The notes: generated by a model from the sequence alone, not told the origin. A DNA stretch of 63,779 nucleotides, filler included, from Cercozoa sp. M6MM (GCA_040357565.1; 9 parts of 9 records of this genome joined end to end with filler, not necessarily neighbours in it), one strand, 5' to 3'; counted from the first letter of the whole stretch, positions 46,328 to 63,779 are shown. Numbers and translations: made by a program.

Positions 46328-48065
46328 TTAGGTTCGCTTGGGAGGCGAAACCCGGATTTTAGGTGAAGCTGGCATATTGCGGGTTTCTTGTTCCGACCCT
46401 GAGAGCATCCGCTGCCGCGAATACTGTCGAGAGGCCTTTCGGCGCATGTCCTCGTTCGTTTCCTCCTCGTCCAACGCCGCGGCCTCACTTCTGGAGGCGC
46501 CAATGTCCAGTTGCGCAAATCGGCGGGCCATTTCGGTGTGCATTCCACTGGCATTTGCACGTGCGCCCAGCAGCTTCTGGTCCGTCTTCTTTACGCGTTC
46601 TGTCATAATATGACATTTATGTTTCACAATTTCATGACCTTACAGCAAAAGATAATTCTCGTTGAACGTCCTCTCTATTACCTTTGCTCACGCGAACTGA
46701 GCGACGTCGTGAGGATTCCAAGTGTGCGAATTGGGGAGGACAGCCTGGCTCGGGTCCCTGAAAGAAGTCGTTAGGGTCGAGTCTTGTGGGGTCCTCCACC
46801 TGCCAGTCAAACACTGCCGACGAGTCGTAGCCGCGACGAAGAAACAGTTTATGGAACAAGCGCTACAAGTGGAGACATGACAATTTGTCTTCCATGTTCA
46901 ATAAGTTTTTACATGAGCCAAGACTAAAAGCACCTGGATAAAGTTGTAATCAGGTGTTTCGCTGTATCGCAGGTTACGGCAGTACTCAATGTACTGAGCA
47001 AATTCTTGCGGCAGCCCTTCGCACAGCATGGCAGGTGTCATGAATTCCTTCACCTCGCGGATTGCACAGAACTGTTCGGTGAGTTTCTTGGCCTTGCGCT
47101 GCTTCAGACCTTGCCACGGGAGACGACCTTTCAAGAAATACACGAGCAGGTAGCCAACGCTTTCGAGGTCGTCGCGTCGCGAGTACGTCAATCCGTGGTG
47201 ACTGTTGCAAGAAGCGTACCTCGCGGTCCCGACGAGATCTCCATTGCGCGAGAATCGTCGGTGCGAGTTGGTCGAAGGGTCGATGAAGTACTCGGACAAG
47301 CCAAAGTCAATCATGTAGATCTTGTCTCTAACAGGCATCATTTGTCCTCGCACAGACTCAACGTGGCCGCGCTTTTTGATGAGAAAGTTGTCTGGCTTAA
47401 TATCGCAGTGCACTAGACCTTTCTGATGCACGGATTTCAACCGATTCACGAGTGACAATGCCAGCAACAACACGGAACGATAGGAGAGACGACGATTGCA
47501 TCGATTGAAGAGGCACTCTAGGTCCTCGTTCAGCTTCTGCATCACCATGATGCGGTATTCACCAGACTGGCCCGTCCAATAGACACGCGGAATGCCGCTT
47601 TCGCCGGCGAGTATCTTGTAGCAGCGGTATTCGTTCCGTAGTTGCGGGTACGGTGCACGCATACTCTCAAACTTTATCGCAACCTCGTGCCTCTGCAAGA
47701 TATCCCAGCCTTTGTGGATTCGCCCAAAAGAACCGCTTCCAATCAATCGTCCAACCTCGTAAACACCTCCAATCAGCGACTTCTTCTCCTGCCCTTGTCA
47801 TAGTGAAGGTCTGAATCGAAAGTTCGAGATACTGTACCTGCAGTTGGTCTGCGGATAGGGTTGGAGGGTGCGCAGACTCGCTTGGACTGTGAATGTTGTC
47901 GAGGTGTGCACCAATGGGTGGCGACCTGTCGTGGTCAGACAGCTTTGACACTCGTTTGCGTCTAATTCGCGGAGAGTCCGGGGTTTTTAATAGTTCATTG
48001 CTTTGAGCACTTCTTCGTATCTCCTGCTGGCGTCGATCTCTTTGTTGTTTTACTTCCGAGCTCAT
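46328..48065 (-). CDS. CK1: Casein kinase 1 family kinase with N- and C-terminal extensions (3' end uncertain: 46632 or 46328)
   Basis: IGSGSFG, VAIKFE, PQLRNEY, HCDIKPDNFL, IDFGLS, GTARYAS, SRRDDLESVGY, LPWQGLK, FDW. Confidence 0.93.
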
Positions 48066-48598
48066 CGGAGGCTGAACTTTCTTTTCGACCGTTTCGACCT
48101 TCCAAATGCCAAGCAGCAATACACAGTTAGCGATTGGATACGAAGGTGGATAACGCGCGAGCTACAGCTACTATAGGCTCCCTGTGCGCAGACCTTCCAA
48201 CAAGTTTCTTTATGCCGCCGCGTATAAAACTGACGAAAGTTCGACGTTTCTGACAGGTTCAACCACAAGGGTATTGACCCCGCAAGATCAGCAAATCTGA
48301 TCCAATTTACCGGCGATTCGGGAACAGGAGCAGTCTCGTGGCGACGCATCGTCACACTGGTAGCTACTCCACACTCCAACAGTTTTGGCCGTGTCCGGGA
48401 TGAGTCAACTGAACATATCATCGACATCACAATTCACAATAATGGGAGAAACGCGCCAGGTGGGGTTCGGGTCAACTGTCAGATCCGAGTCGATCAACTG
48501 AACCGGCAGCCGGTCAATCGACCTTGATTAATAATCGGCTATTACAGTTCAACAGATGCTGCTAGGACAGCGACAGTATGCGAAAGGTCAACAGTTTC

Positions 48599-50242
48599 TT
48601 AGTTGCAATCGAAGCGACGGGTATCCAAAACCAAAGCAACAACGACAGCATCAATGTTGGTGCATTTTCGCAGCTCAAGGTTTTGTTTCGCAAAGTTGAG
48701 CACTCTCGTACGTCCGAATCGCTTCCACGTTTTAAACAGGCCCCGGCGAGAGTTCACTACACTGACGTGTTGAGTGTTCTTTTTTCGTTTCTTTTGCACG
48801 CTCAACGCGTCGGTCCAAGCGAAGACAGCAACAACGTCCCGGTGTCGCAAACGACTGGCAGAGAAAGTCAATGGTCGCTTTTTGATCTTCAAAATGGAGT
48901 CAACCATGTCCGTTTTCGAAGTCTCAGCAAGGGCAAAGTAGCCGGCACTTGCAGGAAGCAGTTGCATCGATGAATCCACTGGTAGAAAATGCGAGCACGA
49001 AGTAAAACAATTCGTTGCGTTTCACAGAGTCCGAGTTAGGAGGGGGAGAGACTCACCTATTCCGACGTTGCATGCGCTGTCAAATGAGACATACTTGTCG
49101 TCGGAAATGCAAACTCGCTGTGCAGGTCAGTTAGATTTATTTGTATGGATCCCCGGATGATTATGTCAGCCCCCACGGTATTTTTACCACGAAATTCGCA
49201 TTGTTATCGGATTGTCCGCAGACACACTGCTCGAAGCTGTCGGCGTCTCCCATGTAGTCAATGTGATGAGCAACGAATGTTCGAGTTCGACGCGCGCTAG
49301 CATTTGTAGTGTGTCCGACCAGATGAATCTTCGTGTCGCACGTAGCGACCGCGAGCACTGCGCCAAAGGCCGAAGTGGCAGCCGAGTCGAACAGCACGAT
49401 CGAACGCCGCGGTCGCGAATTCGTGATGGCCGAGCGCGTTTCGTTGGGGCTTGAAACACGCTTTCCTTCGCAAACGTCGCGACGAGCGGCTGAAGCTTCG
49501 TCACTCGCTGCAGTTAAAGGTGTATATTTATGAATGTGCCTTATATTCAAAACAAGTGTACACAAAACGACTGCGTCGTTGCGCGTTCGCTGCTGCTGAA
49601 ACGGACTCATCGTCAGGCGAAACGTGTTCAGAATTTCGCTTCTTGTTTTTAACCTGCAGGAAGAACATCTACAAATTACTCATGGTCTATATTGAGATAG
49701 GCAAGAGTGTAAATTTACAAAGACCGAACGGAAAGCTCGTAGAGGTGGCAGCTTCGTAGCAAGTGCAGCAAAGCGCGCGTTTGACTCTGAATAATGTGTG
49801 TGCCCAGCACAACCTCGTCTTCGTCGAGACTTACGAAGCCGCTGGCACGGAATGTGAACAGGAAGAACACGAGGGAAGAGTAGAAGTCACGAATGACTTT
49901 CCGCTGGTCGGGCACATCACCGACCCATGTGAGCAGATGTCGCAGCAGCCGTAGCAAGTCATCCAAGAAGCGGCGTCGATGCACGTCCAAATCGCAGTAA
50001 CACATGCTCGTTCCGAGAAGAAATGCATCTAAGTTTAAGTTAAACTTACATTTACCCAGTCAATACAGTCAGTTACTTTTACCATCAAAGAGACCGTTGG
50101 CACGCGACACTTTCCGTGTCTGCCGCAACTCCAGGGCAGCTTCGGCTACGGCAAGGCGTGCTTTCACAAACACTTGTAAATTTAAATTTAAACAGTCTCC
50201 CGCCGACTTCTCGACTTCAAGTTCGCGGAGTGTTCGCTCCAT
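48599..50242 (-). CDS. Hypothetical multi-exon protein
   Basis: Protein-like minus-strand exons (MERTLRELEVEKS.., RRRFLDDLLRLLRHLLTW.., ORF 48599-48979) separated by GT-AG introns. No recognised family. Confidence 0.45.
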
Positions 50243-50530
50243 TATCGTACCAAACTAAGCGAGCTCGAACGCAAGAAAGCGTCGCATGGCGTGTGTGCTG
50301 TAATCGGACTTCCCCCCAAAAAAAAAAAAAAAAAACAACAACAACAGTGACCACGCACGCGAGTGACCTGCGCGTGGCCTCACTGTGATGATCGGCGCCC
50401 CCAAGTCAGATGATCTTATTTGTCACAGTTTTCGGCCTGTGCAGCCAGTGGAGTGAAGTTAACGTGCCCTGACACCGCTCAGAGTTACAGTACAGGTCGC
50501 TCTGCTGTCTGACCTGCGGGAGGAGTTAGG

Positions 50531-52765
50531 ATGCGGTTTCTCGCGCTCCTGTGTGTCCTCGCGTTCGTGCGCGCACAGCAACAGTTTTTGCAAAGCTGTA
50601 CGGCCGACCTGAGCGATCCATACAGCACTGTCGCTTACTCTGTCGACGTTGCCACGCTCACTTTCAGTGGGTACCCTCTCTTTTTCTTTGTTTCTGGATA
50701 CAAAAAAAACTACCCCCCCCCCCCCGCCGTGCAGAGGCGCCTGGTCGCAGAAGCTGTTTGATGTGGGAAGCACAAAATGCACCGACGCCAGTGTTCCCTC
50801 GACGCTTCGCATTCGCACGTTGAGGTGAGTCTGGGTCGCTTTTCTTGTCCGTTTTACCTTTCTCACCTCTCGTGGACAGCGTGGACCTGGCCTCATACGA
50901 AACAGCAGCGGCTACGCCGCCTTGGTATGCTGAGTCGACTAATAATGCATGTTTCCTTGAATGTACTGCTTCAATTGTTTTAGGACGTGCGACGACTCGG
51001 AGGGACCACCTGTGTTCGATTGTGTCGAAGTGGGCCACATGAATGTATCATCCCTGCTTGCACACTGACTCTTCCCCTGTTCTGTTTGAGCCTTTCACAC
51101 TAAAAAGGTGGGTGCATGGAGTGCCCTCTGGTGGCAAGGTCCGCTTCTGTTCGCCAGGGCCATGCGTGTCGTTCAGCCTGGTACTTTGCCCTCCCCGTTT
51201 TGATCCATTAAAACCCCTCTGTATATTTCGTAGGCGTCGTCGTATCATCGCAGAGCGAGTTGATAACAGCGGCCAACATGCGCAGTGGACAACCTTTGGT
51301 ACAGCAGCTTTGCTCGTACCTGATCCCTGGTACTTACACGTGATGCAGGTGGCACGCGGAACTTCCATTCTGTTCGACGCCTCTCGCGATGCTTCGGGCG
51401 CCAGTGTCGCCGTCAATGCAGCTAGGTGAGTTCCCAGACCCTACCGTGGTTGTGTTCTCAGTCTAGTCTGCTGCCTGTGTTGCTTTCAGTGACGCACTGC
51501 AGCTGCCTGTGCCGACAGTGTTCGAACACTTTGCCGAAGTGCTCCAACTGCGCGCGCTCTCTGGGTATTGCCTTCCCTTTCTGCAGTTCTCCTGACCTGT
51601 CTTGCTGTACCCGAACTGCGTTCCATGATGCAGAACGCACCTGCAAGCAGACGTGACGACCTCATTCGCCAACTCACTGCATGTGTGTGCTGACTCAAGT
51701 ATGTCATGTCACTCCTCTGGGACATACCGTGCAACAAGAGTCATACGGTTGCTTGTAGTCCACCACATTGGTCAGATCGACGGCAGCTACGTTATGGACT
51801 GTCCCCATGGTAGTCTCGATAGAGTTTGACTACAGACATAGCAGGCAACGCAAGAGGGTGTGCAGGTACCTCGGAGACGGTGGCAGCGAGTGACACGGCA
51901 CGTGTCCACACCGCCACCAATGTGAGTGTCCGCGCGGACGCTGTTCTGCATCTGTTGACAGCAAAGCCGCGTCTGCTGGTCAGGTTTCGACTCTTGTCAC
52001 CTTGAAGTCCTAATTGTTTGACCCTTCTCCTTAGTGACCCAGAGGGTGCGGTACGAGTACATTTGACTGGAGCAACAACAAGCTTGTCGTCGACACTGTC
52101 GGAGGCACTGCTGGAGCACCAGCAGCTGCACTTCTATCAGGGGCTGATGGACCCGGCCAGTTCTGTGCGCACTGTGTTGCCGGCCGTGCAGTACTCCAGC
52201 TCGGTGCAAGACACGCTGAACTTCACTTCTGTCACTGTTGGTACCGGGCATCAGACCGTCTCTTGGCTCCGTCTCCTGTGTACTGCTTGTTCTCACTAGG
52301 CGCAACACAGACGTACTGTGACTCCTTGTTCGCCAACAATGCCACTGCGGCGGTCTTTGTTACCACGGGTGACGGCAACTACACCTTGGAGTCTACAGTG
52401 TCCTCACTCAGTACAAGTGGTACACCTCGCGTCTCTCTCTGCATCCGCGAGACCTTCCACCTCTCCCTTGAATACAGGCAACCAGGTCTCTGCTGCGACT
52501 CGCTGCGACCGCATTCAATACCACATGTATCAGTGTTTTTATGTCCTGTGGAGTCACCTGTACCCCTCCCCTCTGTCGGGTAGACTGAAGGACACGGGTG
52601 TGCGAGTGATGGAGGTGCCTAACCAGGAGCGGCCGGCGCCGGCACTTGTGGTACTGCACTCGCGCAATCCCTTCGTCCTGTTGGACGGCATCAATGGCGG
52701 CTGGCGACCGGTGCTGAAACCGGCAGTGTCGGCACAGCGACTCGACGTGCTGCTTGAGTGTACTG
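50531..52765 (+). CDS. Hypothetical secreted/surface protein, truncated
   Basis: Signal peptide MRFLALLCVLAFVRA followed by a series of short exons rich in S/T/V. Confidence 0.6.
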
Positions 52766-53428
52766 AAGTCTTTCTTCTGACTGTACTCTTGTCGATACCC
52801 CCGTTCTAACAGACACCAAGCCAAGAAACATCTACGACATGAGCTTTCTCCATTGTACAACATCGCACCATATAAATTATATAATATATATATATATATA
52901 TATNNNNNNNNNNNNNNNNNNNNNNNNNNNNNNNNNNNNNNNNNNNNTTAATTAATTAANNNNNNNNNNNNNNNNNNNNNNNNNNNNNNNNNNNNNNNNN
53001 NNNGAGCCTCTCAGTCGGGTTGCCGTAATCAGTTGAAGCTACCTGACGAATAACAGTGCGCGAAGCATCGCATGGCGTAGCGTAGTGTGGCAGAAAATAT
53101 ACTCAGTTGGAGTTTTCGTTTTTGCTGTCCAATCACTCGCCGTCACGTCACTCCAATGAAAGGGTCAAAGCTGAAGTTCTGGTACTGAACTGTCTGTTTA
53201 GACTGGACTTAGCAGAAACAGATTTACAGTAGACGCTGTACACAGTGAGATAAATCAAAGAAGAGCGATTGCAATTGCAAAAGCCGATACTACACAGAGG
53301 CTGTCCGCTGGTTTAGTGCAGCGTTTCTTCAGGGGGAGAGTACAGTCAGTCTTAAAGACGTAAAGACGTAATGTACGTTCAGTTCGAGGGGCGGAAGCAG
53401 CTTGTGTGTTGAGAGAGGCGACAGTGGG

Positions 53429-54298
53429 TCAGTGCTTGAGACAGAGTAGCTCCAGCTGTACGCGCACGAGCTCGCCGGCCAAGTCGGACGGCAGGTCGTC
53501 TTGCTCTCGGGCGCGCTTGACGGCGAAGCAAGCGCGAGCAGCGCGTTCGCCAACTGAGTCGCAAGCGCGCACGACTTGCGTGCGTCTGCTCAGAGGGAAC
53601 ACGCATCTAAACCAGTGACACTACGATAGAGGCTCGTACAGGCACAAGTGGCCACTGTACCGCTTGATCGGCGTCGCGGCTTCGCAAAGCGGCAGTTCGC
53701 TAGCGCAAGTGCGGTACTCGGCGAGCACCGCTACACCACGAAACACACAAAACAGAGTGATAGAAATGCAAACTGACGGGAAAGAGACAAGGGACGGAAC
53801 TGAAAGTGAAAAAGCGAGGAATTAAAGCGAAGTGAAAGAAGCGAAAGTGAAACTGATGAAAGTCAAAGCCAAAGCCGAAAAAAGCCAAAGCGAAACGAAC
53901 CAAGCGAAACAAGCGAAACAAGCGAAACAAGCGAAACAAGCGAAACAAGCGAAACAAGCGAAACAAGCGAAAGTTATATTACACAGACGGGCCGCGACAA
54001 GGGCGGCATGGGTGGCCACCAGCTGGCCGAGTTGACGCTGGAGCGCGAGCTCTTGCTCGGCGCGACGCACCGCCGCCGTCGCTTGCTTGAAGACGAGCAC
54101 GCTGTAGCTGCGGTGCACACGCGCGAATTGCTTGTCGGCGCGGCGCAGCTCCTCCTCGGCAGCGGCCAGCCGCTGTGCCGAGCGTGAGCGGAAGCGAGGA
54201 AGGCGGCGCGGCAAGCGCAGGTGCAGGCGCAGGCGCAGGTTGGGAAGGCCCCAGTGGGGCAGATGCGGGTGGTGGACAAAGTCCACGAGCTTTGACAT
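53429..54298 (-). CDS. Hypothetical Arg/Ala-rich protein (3 exons)
   Basis: GC-rich coding-like blocks MSKLVDFVHH..AEEELRRADKQF.. and ..DDLPSDLAGELVRVQLELLCLKH*, with an intron holding the 9-nt repeat. Confidence 0.5.
53901..53972. repeat. (CAAGCGAAA)x8 perfect minisatellite with degenerate flank from ~53780, intronic
   Basis: Eight exact 9-nt copies counted. Confidence 0.95.
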
Positions 54299-55283
54299 GA
54301 CAGTCTGACAACACAACACACACACAAGAACATCACCGAATATTAAACGAGGTTTCGAGGGCACGCACAGCAAGCACACACTAGCCACACAGCATTGGAG
54401 CCCAGCTAAAAGGGTGTAACTCACCATTTTGGTTGACAAAAAACTTTTCGGGTTCAGGATTGGTGGCCGATCAGTGACCAGGTCACATCATCACGTACCC
54501 CCAGAGCGCGCGGTTTGCCGAGTGTGCCACCAAAACGCCATTTTGAGCGATTTCTCCTTGTCTGGTGCACCTTACGGCCTCTAGTTCGGTCAAATAGTGC
54601 AAACAACTAAATCTCAACTAAAGACCGCAGCATACGTTCTAAGAGACACTGTGGCTCGAAAAAAACGAGAAAAACCGGTCTGGGCGAGTTTTGGTCGTTG
54701 TGACAGTTTTTTGAGGATTTTGCGAGTTGTAGAGCGACTTTAGGCGCGCCAACTGCCACAGCACTGCCAAATTGTGTTATGCGTGGGCTGTGCACGTTTG
54801 AACTGTTGGGCACGCTTGTCGCGCGCCAACGCTTTCTTGCTGGTCGTGACGTTACGATAAAAAAGCCCTACCGGCCGGGGAGCCGAGCCAATTGTTACTG
54901 TACCGCAGCCCTCTTAGATAGGATCAGGCCTTAATGAATTGAGGGTACTTTGCCAGTGGTAAAAAAGAACTAAGTAAGCGATTGAACGTAAGAAAGTCTG
55001 GTCTTGGAGCGGACAATGACCAAGTGCCACTTTTGAGCGGGCTCGGGTGGGCCGAACGTCGACAGAGTTGGACTTTGCGTTCTTACGTCGTTGGGTCGGT
55101 TTGAGTACTGTAATCACTTCTTGTCGGCCAGGTAGACAGGCGAGATAAAGCTGCGCCGCAGCACAAAGTTCTGCTGCACGAGCGCAGAAACGCCGCGGCG
55201 ACGCGAGCCTTTGTAGGGACGCCACTCCTGTCAGTCCAGTCCCATGTTACACTCAGCTCATTTGATCCAGTACAACACGAAGC

Positions 55284-55837
55284 CTACAGGGATTGTACCA
55301 AGGCACGTAGCGAGGGCGCTAGTTGTTGGTGATTGCTGCGCAGCAGTGCCTGAGCTAGCTGCGTCTCCTCTCGAGTGCCGAAAACTTGCTGTGTTTTCTT
55401 TTCGATCTTGCCGTTGTTCTTGCCTCCTTTGTTCTTGCCCTTACAGTCGACCAGATCGGGTCGGCGCGACAGCAGACCATTGTTCCAGTCGTCCAGGAAG
55501 TGATGACCGCTATTGACTAAGTGTAAGGTGACACAGGGGGGACACGGAAACTGTACACGTAGGAGGCGATCTCGTATGCCTCTCGCGTCGGCGGCGAGTT
55601 GCCCTTGATGTTCATGTACCAGCCTACATGTACAAAAAATGAGAAGTCTCAGCCAGACCGGGTGAAAAACTACCATCAATCAAGGGAGCCGAGTGGTCAC
55701 TCGGCAGTGTGCGCAGCGAGGTTGACACAAACATAACGCCAGCACCGTCGTCCCGACTGAACCACAGGTGGAGCATTGGCTCGCCATGCGACTTCTTGGC
55801 CTTTCCGCGTGACTGACTGCAGTGCACATTGCCACAC

Positions 55838-55889
<52 letters not shown>

Positions 55890-56780
55890 CTTCCAACAGG
55901 CAGGCAGGGTAGGAGGTAGGACAGAAGAGTACAGCAAGATCAAAACCGAGTGTCGCAGGTCCAGCAGCGGCAGGTCCGAGTGCGCCGGCAGTGTGGTACC
56001 GCCACTGCGTGCCATCTCGTCCATCGAGAACATTGAGGTACGCGCCGTCATGGGACGCTTGCTCGGCCAGAACGGCAGGTCTGTAGGTCGGTATTTGTAA
56101 GTGGGATAGACAGGTATCTCAACAGGACATAAGGTGCTATACCGAGGGGTGAGAAGGCAGGTCGACGCAACGAGGTCACATGCGAGAGCAGAGGCACACG
56201 CAGGGTACACTTGTCACCTGTGGCATCGACACTGACACGTGACGTGTCAAGTGCATGCACCTACAGAGGGTGCCTCAGTAGGCACGTGTTAAAATGGTAC
56301 AGTACCAAAAGGTACCACTATAGGCGGCACCAACGTCAGTAGCACCGTGTTGTTGGCTTTGATGGTCAGTGTGTTGCGCAAGCGACTGCGCGAGTAGCTG
56401 AGGTCCTTCTTGGCCACGCGTTCGGGCAGAGTGATGTGACTGTACACCGAGAGGAATACAGAAAGAAGGCATCTGGAGGGGGAAGGGTAAATCTCAAGTA
56501 CAAAGCATTGGCGCGGAACTCAAAAAGGTCGGAACAAGCGACACTGACGCCACGGATACTGTCGCGTTTGATCGTGCGTATCACTTGACATTTCGACAGC
56601 GGAAGCCCCTGAGTGGTCGAAGGTAAAATAGGAGGAAAGGTGGGGCGGGAGAAGGGGGCTAACTACCGAGTGACCGATCCAGTTCTCGCGGGTGATTGGA
56701 CTCACGGCGGACAAAAAGCAACTGCCGCGTGGCAGCATCGAGGAAGGCACCGCCACAATGACTTTGTATACAGCCAATAT
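55284..56780 (-). CDS. Hypothetical multi-exon protein, 5' truncated
   Basis: Joinable exons YILAVYKVIVAVP..GLPLSKCQVIRTIKRDS..DLPFWPSKRP.. with GT-AG introns. No family recognised. Confidence 0.45.
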
Positions 56781-56929
56781 ATATCTGAATATATATATAT
56801 ATNNNNNNNNNNNNNNNNNNNNNNNNNNNNNNNNNNNNNNNNNNNNTTAATTAATTAANNNNNNNNNNNNNNNNNNNNNNNNNNNNNNNNNNNNNNNNNN
56901 NNGGGGTACCATTCATAATAGCCATCGAG

Positions 56930-61285
<4,356 letters not shown>

Positions 61286-61301
61286 AAGGATGTGTGTGTG
61301 T

Positions 61302-61335
<34 letters not shown>

Positions 61336-61435
61336 NNNNNNNNNNNNNNNNNNNNNNNNNNNNNNNNNNNNNNNNNNNNTTAATTAATTAANNNNNNNNN
61401 NNNNNNNNNNNNNNNNNNNNNNNNNNNNNNNNNNN

Positions 61436-61478
<43 letters not shown>

Positions 61479-61507
61479 TGTGTGTGTAAAGAAGGGGCAA
61501 AACTACC

Positions 61508-62606
61508 GCGGTACTCGGTGGAGAGCGGCGCGTGTCGCTCGGCGTCCTTGGCCGGCTCCAAGTGGTCCAGCAGCTTGCTCACGATCTGCGGCAGATTGCT
61601 CTCGCTGGCCATGTGCTCCAGCAGCTTGAGCGCGCACTTCTTCACCTCGGTTCCAGCATGCGCGTCGTCCAGACACTGCAGCACCAGTGCTACACCACAA
61701 GGAACAGACGGTAAGGGGGTTAACATGGGGAAGGAGGGGAACAAACCACGCAGCTCGCGCTTGGTCGACGTGTCCAACGCATCGCCGAATCGTTCTTGGA
61801 ACAGTCGCAGCACTCGCATGCCCAGCAGGCGAACATTCGTCTGAGGGTAAAGGAGAGGATCAAAGGGAAGGTAGGAGGGAGGGTGGGGTGGGGAGGTACA
61901 TCGCCAGAAGCGTTGCGAACGAAGCGTGTGCGCAGCTGCGCCACGCAGAGTCGCACCAGGTCGGCCGGTACACTGCCCGGGTCGGGCACACTAGCCACCA
62001 GTTCGATCGCCTCGATCAGCACGGCCTGACTGTGCTCGTTGCGCACTGCACCAAGGGGACTCAGAGGTAATGAAGGAGGGTTAGTATACAGGGTCAGGAT
62101 GGGGGTAGGGAGGGTAGGGGTAGAGGATAAGGGTAGGGGTAGAGGATAAGGGTAGGGGTAGAGGATAAGGTAGAGGGTCAGGGTAGGGATAGGGGGGTAA
62201 AGCTCGGCACCGATCTCATTGACGACCGGCAGCAGCTTGCGCAGCAGTCGCGGCTCGGCCGGCAGCATCACCGACAACAGCTTCAGCAGCTTGAGTCGCA
62301 TCCAGTTGCTGTCCGGGGGAGGGAAGGGGGGTAAAGAGAGGTATCTGCGGAGGGGGTAAGGGGGTAAAGCACCTCGACAGCGGCGACTGCAGCAGCGAGA
62401 ACAAGGACGGAATCAGCGCCACAAAGTTCGACGGCCGGTGGCGAGCCAACTCGAAAACAACGTTGACCACCACCGTCAGTACCGCCGTCGCCTCCTGCTT
62501 CTTCTGCTTGGAGAGAGATAGAAAGGATAAAAGGTAGGAGTAAAGGGGGGGGTAAAGCACCGACATATCGGCCACGGGATTCGCCAGCAGCTGCCGCAGC
62601 CGGTCG
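61508..62606 (-). CDS. AP3D1: AP-3 complex subunit delta (adaptin N domain), internal fragment
   Basis: VVNVVFELARHRPSNFVALIPSLFSLL..SNWMRLKLLKLLSVMLPAEPRLLRKL..TNVRLLGM..LVLQCLDD..ALKLLEHMASESNLPQIVSKLLDHL. Confidence 0.88.
62095..62201. repeat. G-rich intronic repeat (GGGTAGGGGTAGAGGATAA)n, G-quadruplex-capable on the template strand
   Basis: 19-nt unit about x3 plus GGG tracts in an AP3D1 intron. Confidence 0.85.
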
Positions 62607-62806
62607 NNNNNNNNNNNNNNNNNNNNNNNNNNNNNNNNNNNNNNNNNNNNTTAATTAATTAANNNNNNNNNNNNNNNNNNNNNNNNNNNNNNNNNNNNNN
62701 NNNNNNACACACACATGTTTACACACACACACAACACACACACACACATGTTTACACACACACACACACATACGTACACACACACACACAGAGAAAGAAA
62801 AGAAAC

Positions 62807-63718
62807 CATCGCACGACGATAGACGCGCTCAGTTCGTGACGCAACATTGTGCCAGGAGTACCTGTACGTGTGCCCTTCAGGAGGACACGGGAGAGGGGGC
62901 AAACTCAGGGGACAGTCTACATGGTGCGCAGTTGACGGTGCAGTTCGAGTGGCTTGACGTGCCGAGCTTTTGGAATCGCCGCCGCCACCGCCTCGATCAG
63001 CGACTGCATGTGCAAGCAGCACGTGTTGCCATAAAATGAGGGAGGGTGGACCAGGTACCTGCGGATCAGGGTCGGCAAGCGACACCATATGTCGAGGCAT
63101 CACTTCCGACACACCGCCCACTCTCTGCAAGCACACGGACACATGCACATACATAGGCACAGGTGCACAAGCATTGCTGTGTGTGCTGGTACGGTAGACA
63201 CGACGTACAGGCCGCAGCACGCGGCCTCCAGGATCGCAATGCAAAAAGACTCCGTCAACTACAGGTAAAGAGCGCTCATATAAGGGTGCGCACAGACACA
63301 CAGACACACAGCTACCGGTAGGAGGTACCGAGCAGTTCAGAAAGACGTGCCCACGACACAGGACATCGCGCACCTTAACGTGCGGAATCGCACCTGCACA
63401 GAGATATGCGTTTATACAAGCAAGGCACACATATCGACCTAACCTGACCAGAAACGTGACATAGTGTACCGAGCATTTCAACGCGGTCGTGCAACTGGTG
63501 ACGTTCGCGCATCTCCTCCAGCTGCAGGCGTTTCGGTCCTGCCCAAACACACACACACACACACACAAGCGTACATGCATCGACATACCACACATACACA
63601 CACACACACACACACAATCACACACACGCACACACACACAACACACGAGGGAAAGGGCACCGTCGCCACCGATGATGAAGTGCACATGTGGGAACCGTCG
63701 ACAGATCTCGGGAATCAC
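62807..63718 (-). CDS. PIGA: GPI-GlcNAc transferase catalytic subunit PIG-A/GPI3, internal fragment
   Basis: [104 protein letters not shown]. Confidence 0.96.
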
Positions 63719-63779
63719 CTATCGCATGTGCACGTGTGTGCATGTGTATGTGCATGCGTGGACGACCTACTTCTACAAC

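Noticed and set aside
53042-53100. Hammerhead ribozyme (CTGACGA core)
   Set aside because: No stem II followed by GAAA in the required arrangement.
53901-53972. CRISPR-like array
   Set aside because: Contiguous 9-nt units without spacers, in a eukaryotic intron, with no cas genes.

Overview
Eukaryotic (protist-like) draft genomic sequence. It consists of nine contigs joined by artificial N44-TTAATTAATTAA-N44 spacers, with extra internal N gaps, mostly at microsatellites or other low-complexity tracts. It is gene-dense, and most genes are broken by many short (mostly ~45-70 nt) GT-AG introns, so the ORF track is largely misleading. All gene models here were spliced by hand. Recognisable products: MYBBP1A/Pol5, CNBP-like zinc-knuckle protein, ABCG half-transporter (~30 introns), divergent TBP-like factor, Zn-dependent (cinnamyl-type) alcohol dehydrogenase, C2H2 zinc-finger protein, M14 carboxypeptidase, secreted bacterial-type S45 penicillin/cephalosporin/AHL acylase, two giant Cys-rich surface proteins (one complete with a multi-TM C-terminus), RING-finger protein, class C (GABA-B-like) GPCR, CNOT3, a 6TM cation channel, a non-RD casein kinase 1, AP-3 delta and PIG-A. 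The most striking signal is in the splicing code. Donor sites are mostly GTACC/GTAGC-like (+5 C dominant, +5 G rare) instead of GTRAGT. Introns are very dense, usually C-rich (TTTACCCC) on the sense strand, and often carry a private tandem repeat. Other leads: an unannotated, highly structured ~290-nt candidate ncRNA behind a TATA box (6490-6780), a TBP paralogue lacking two of four DNA-intercalating Phe, and GATC-rich promoter regions. The lineage cannot be determined from this window alone.
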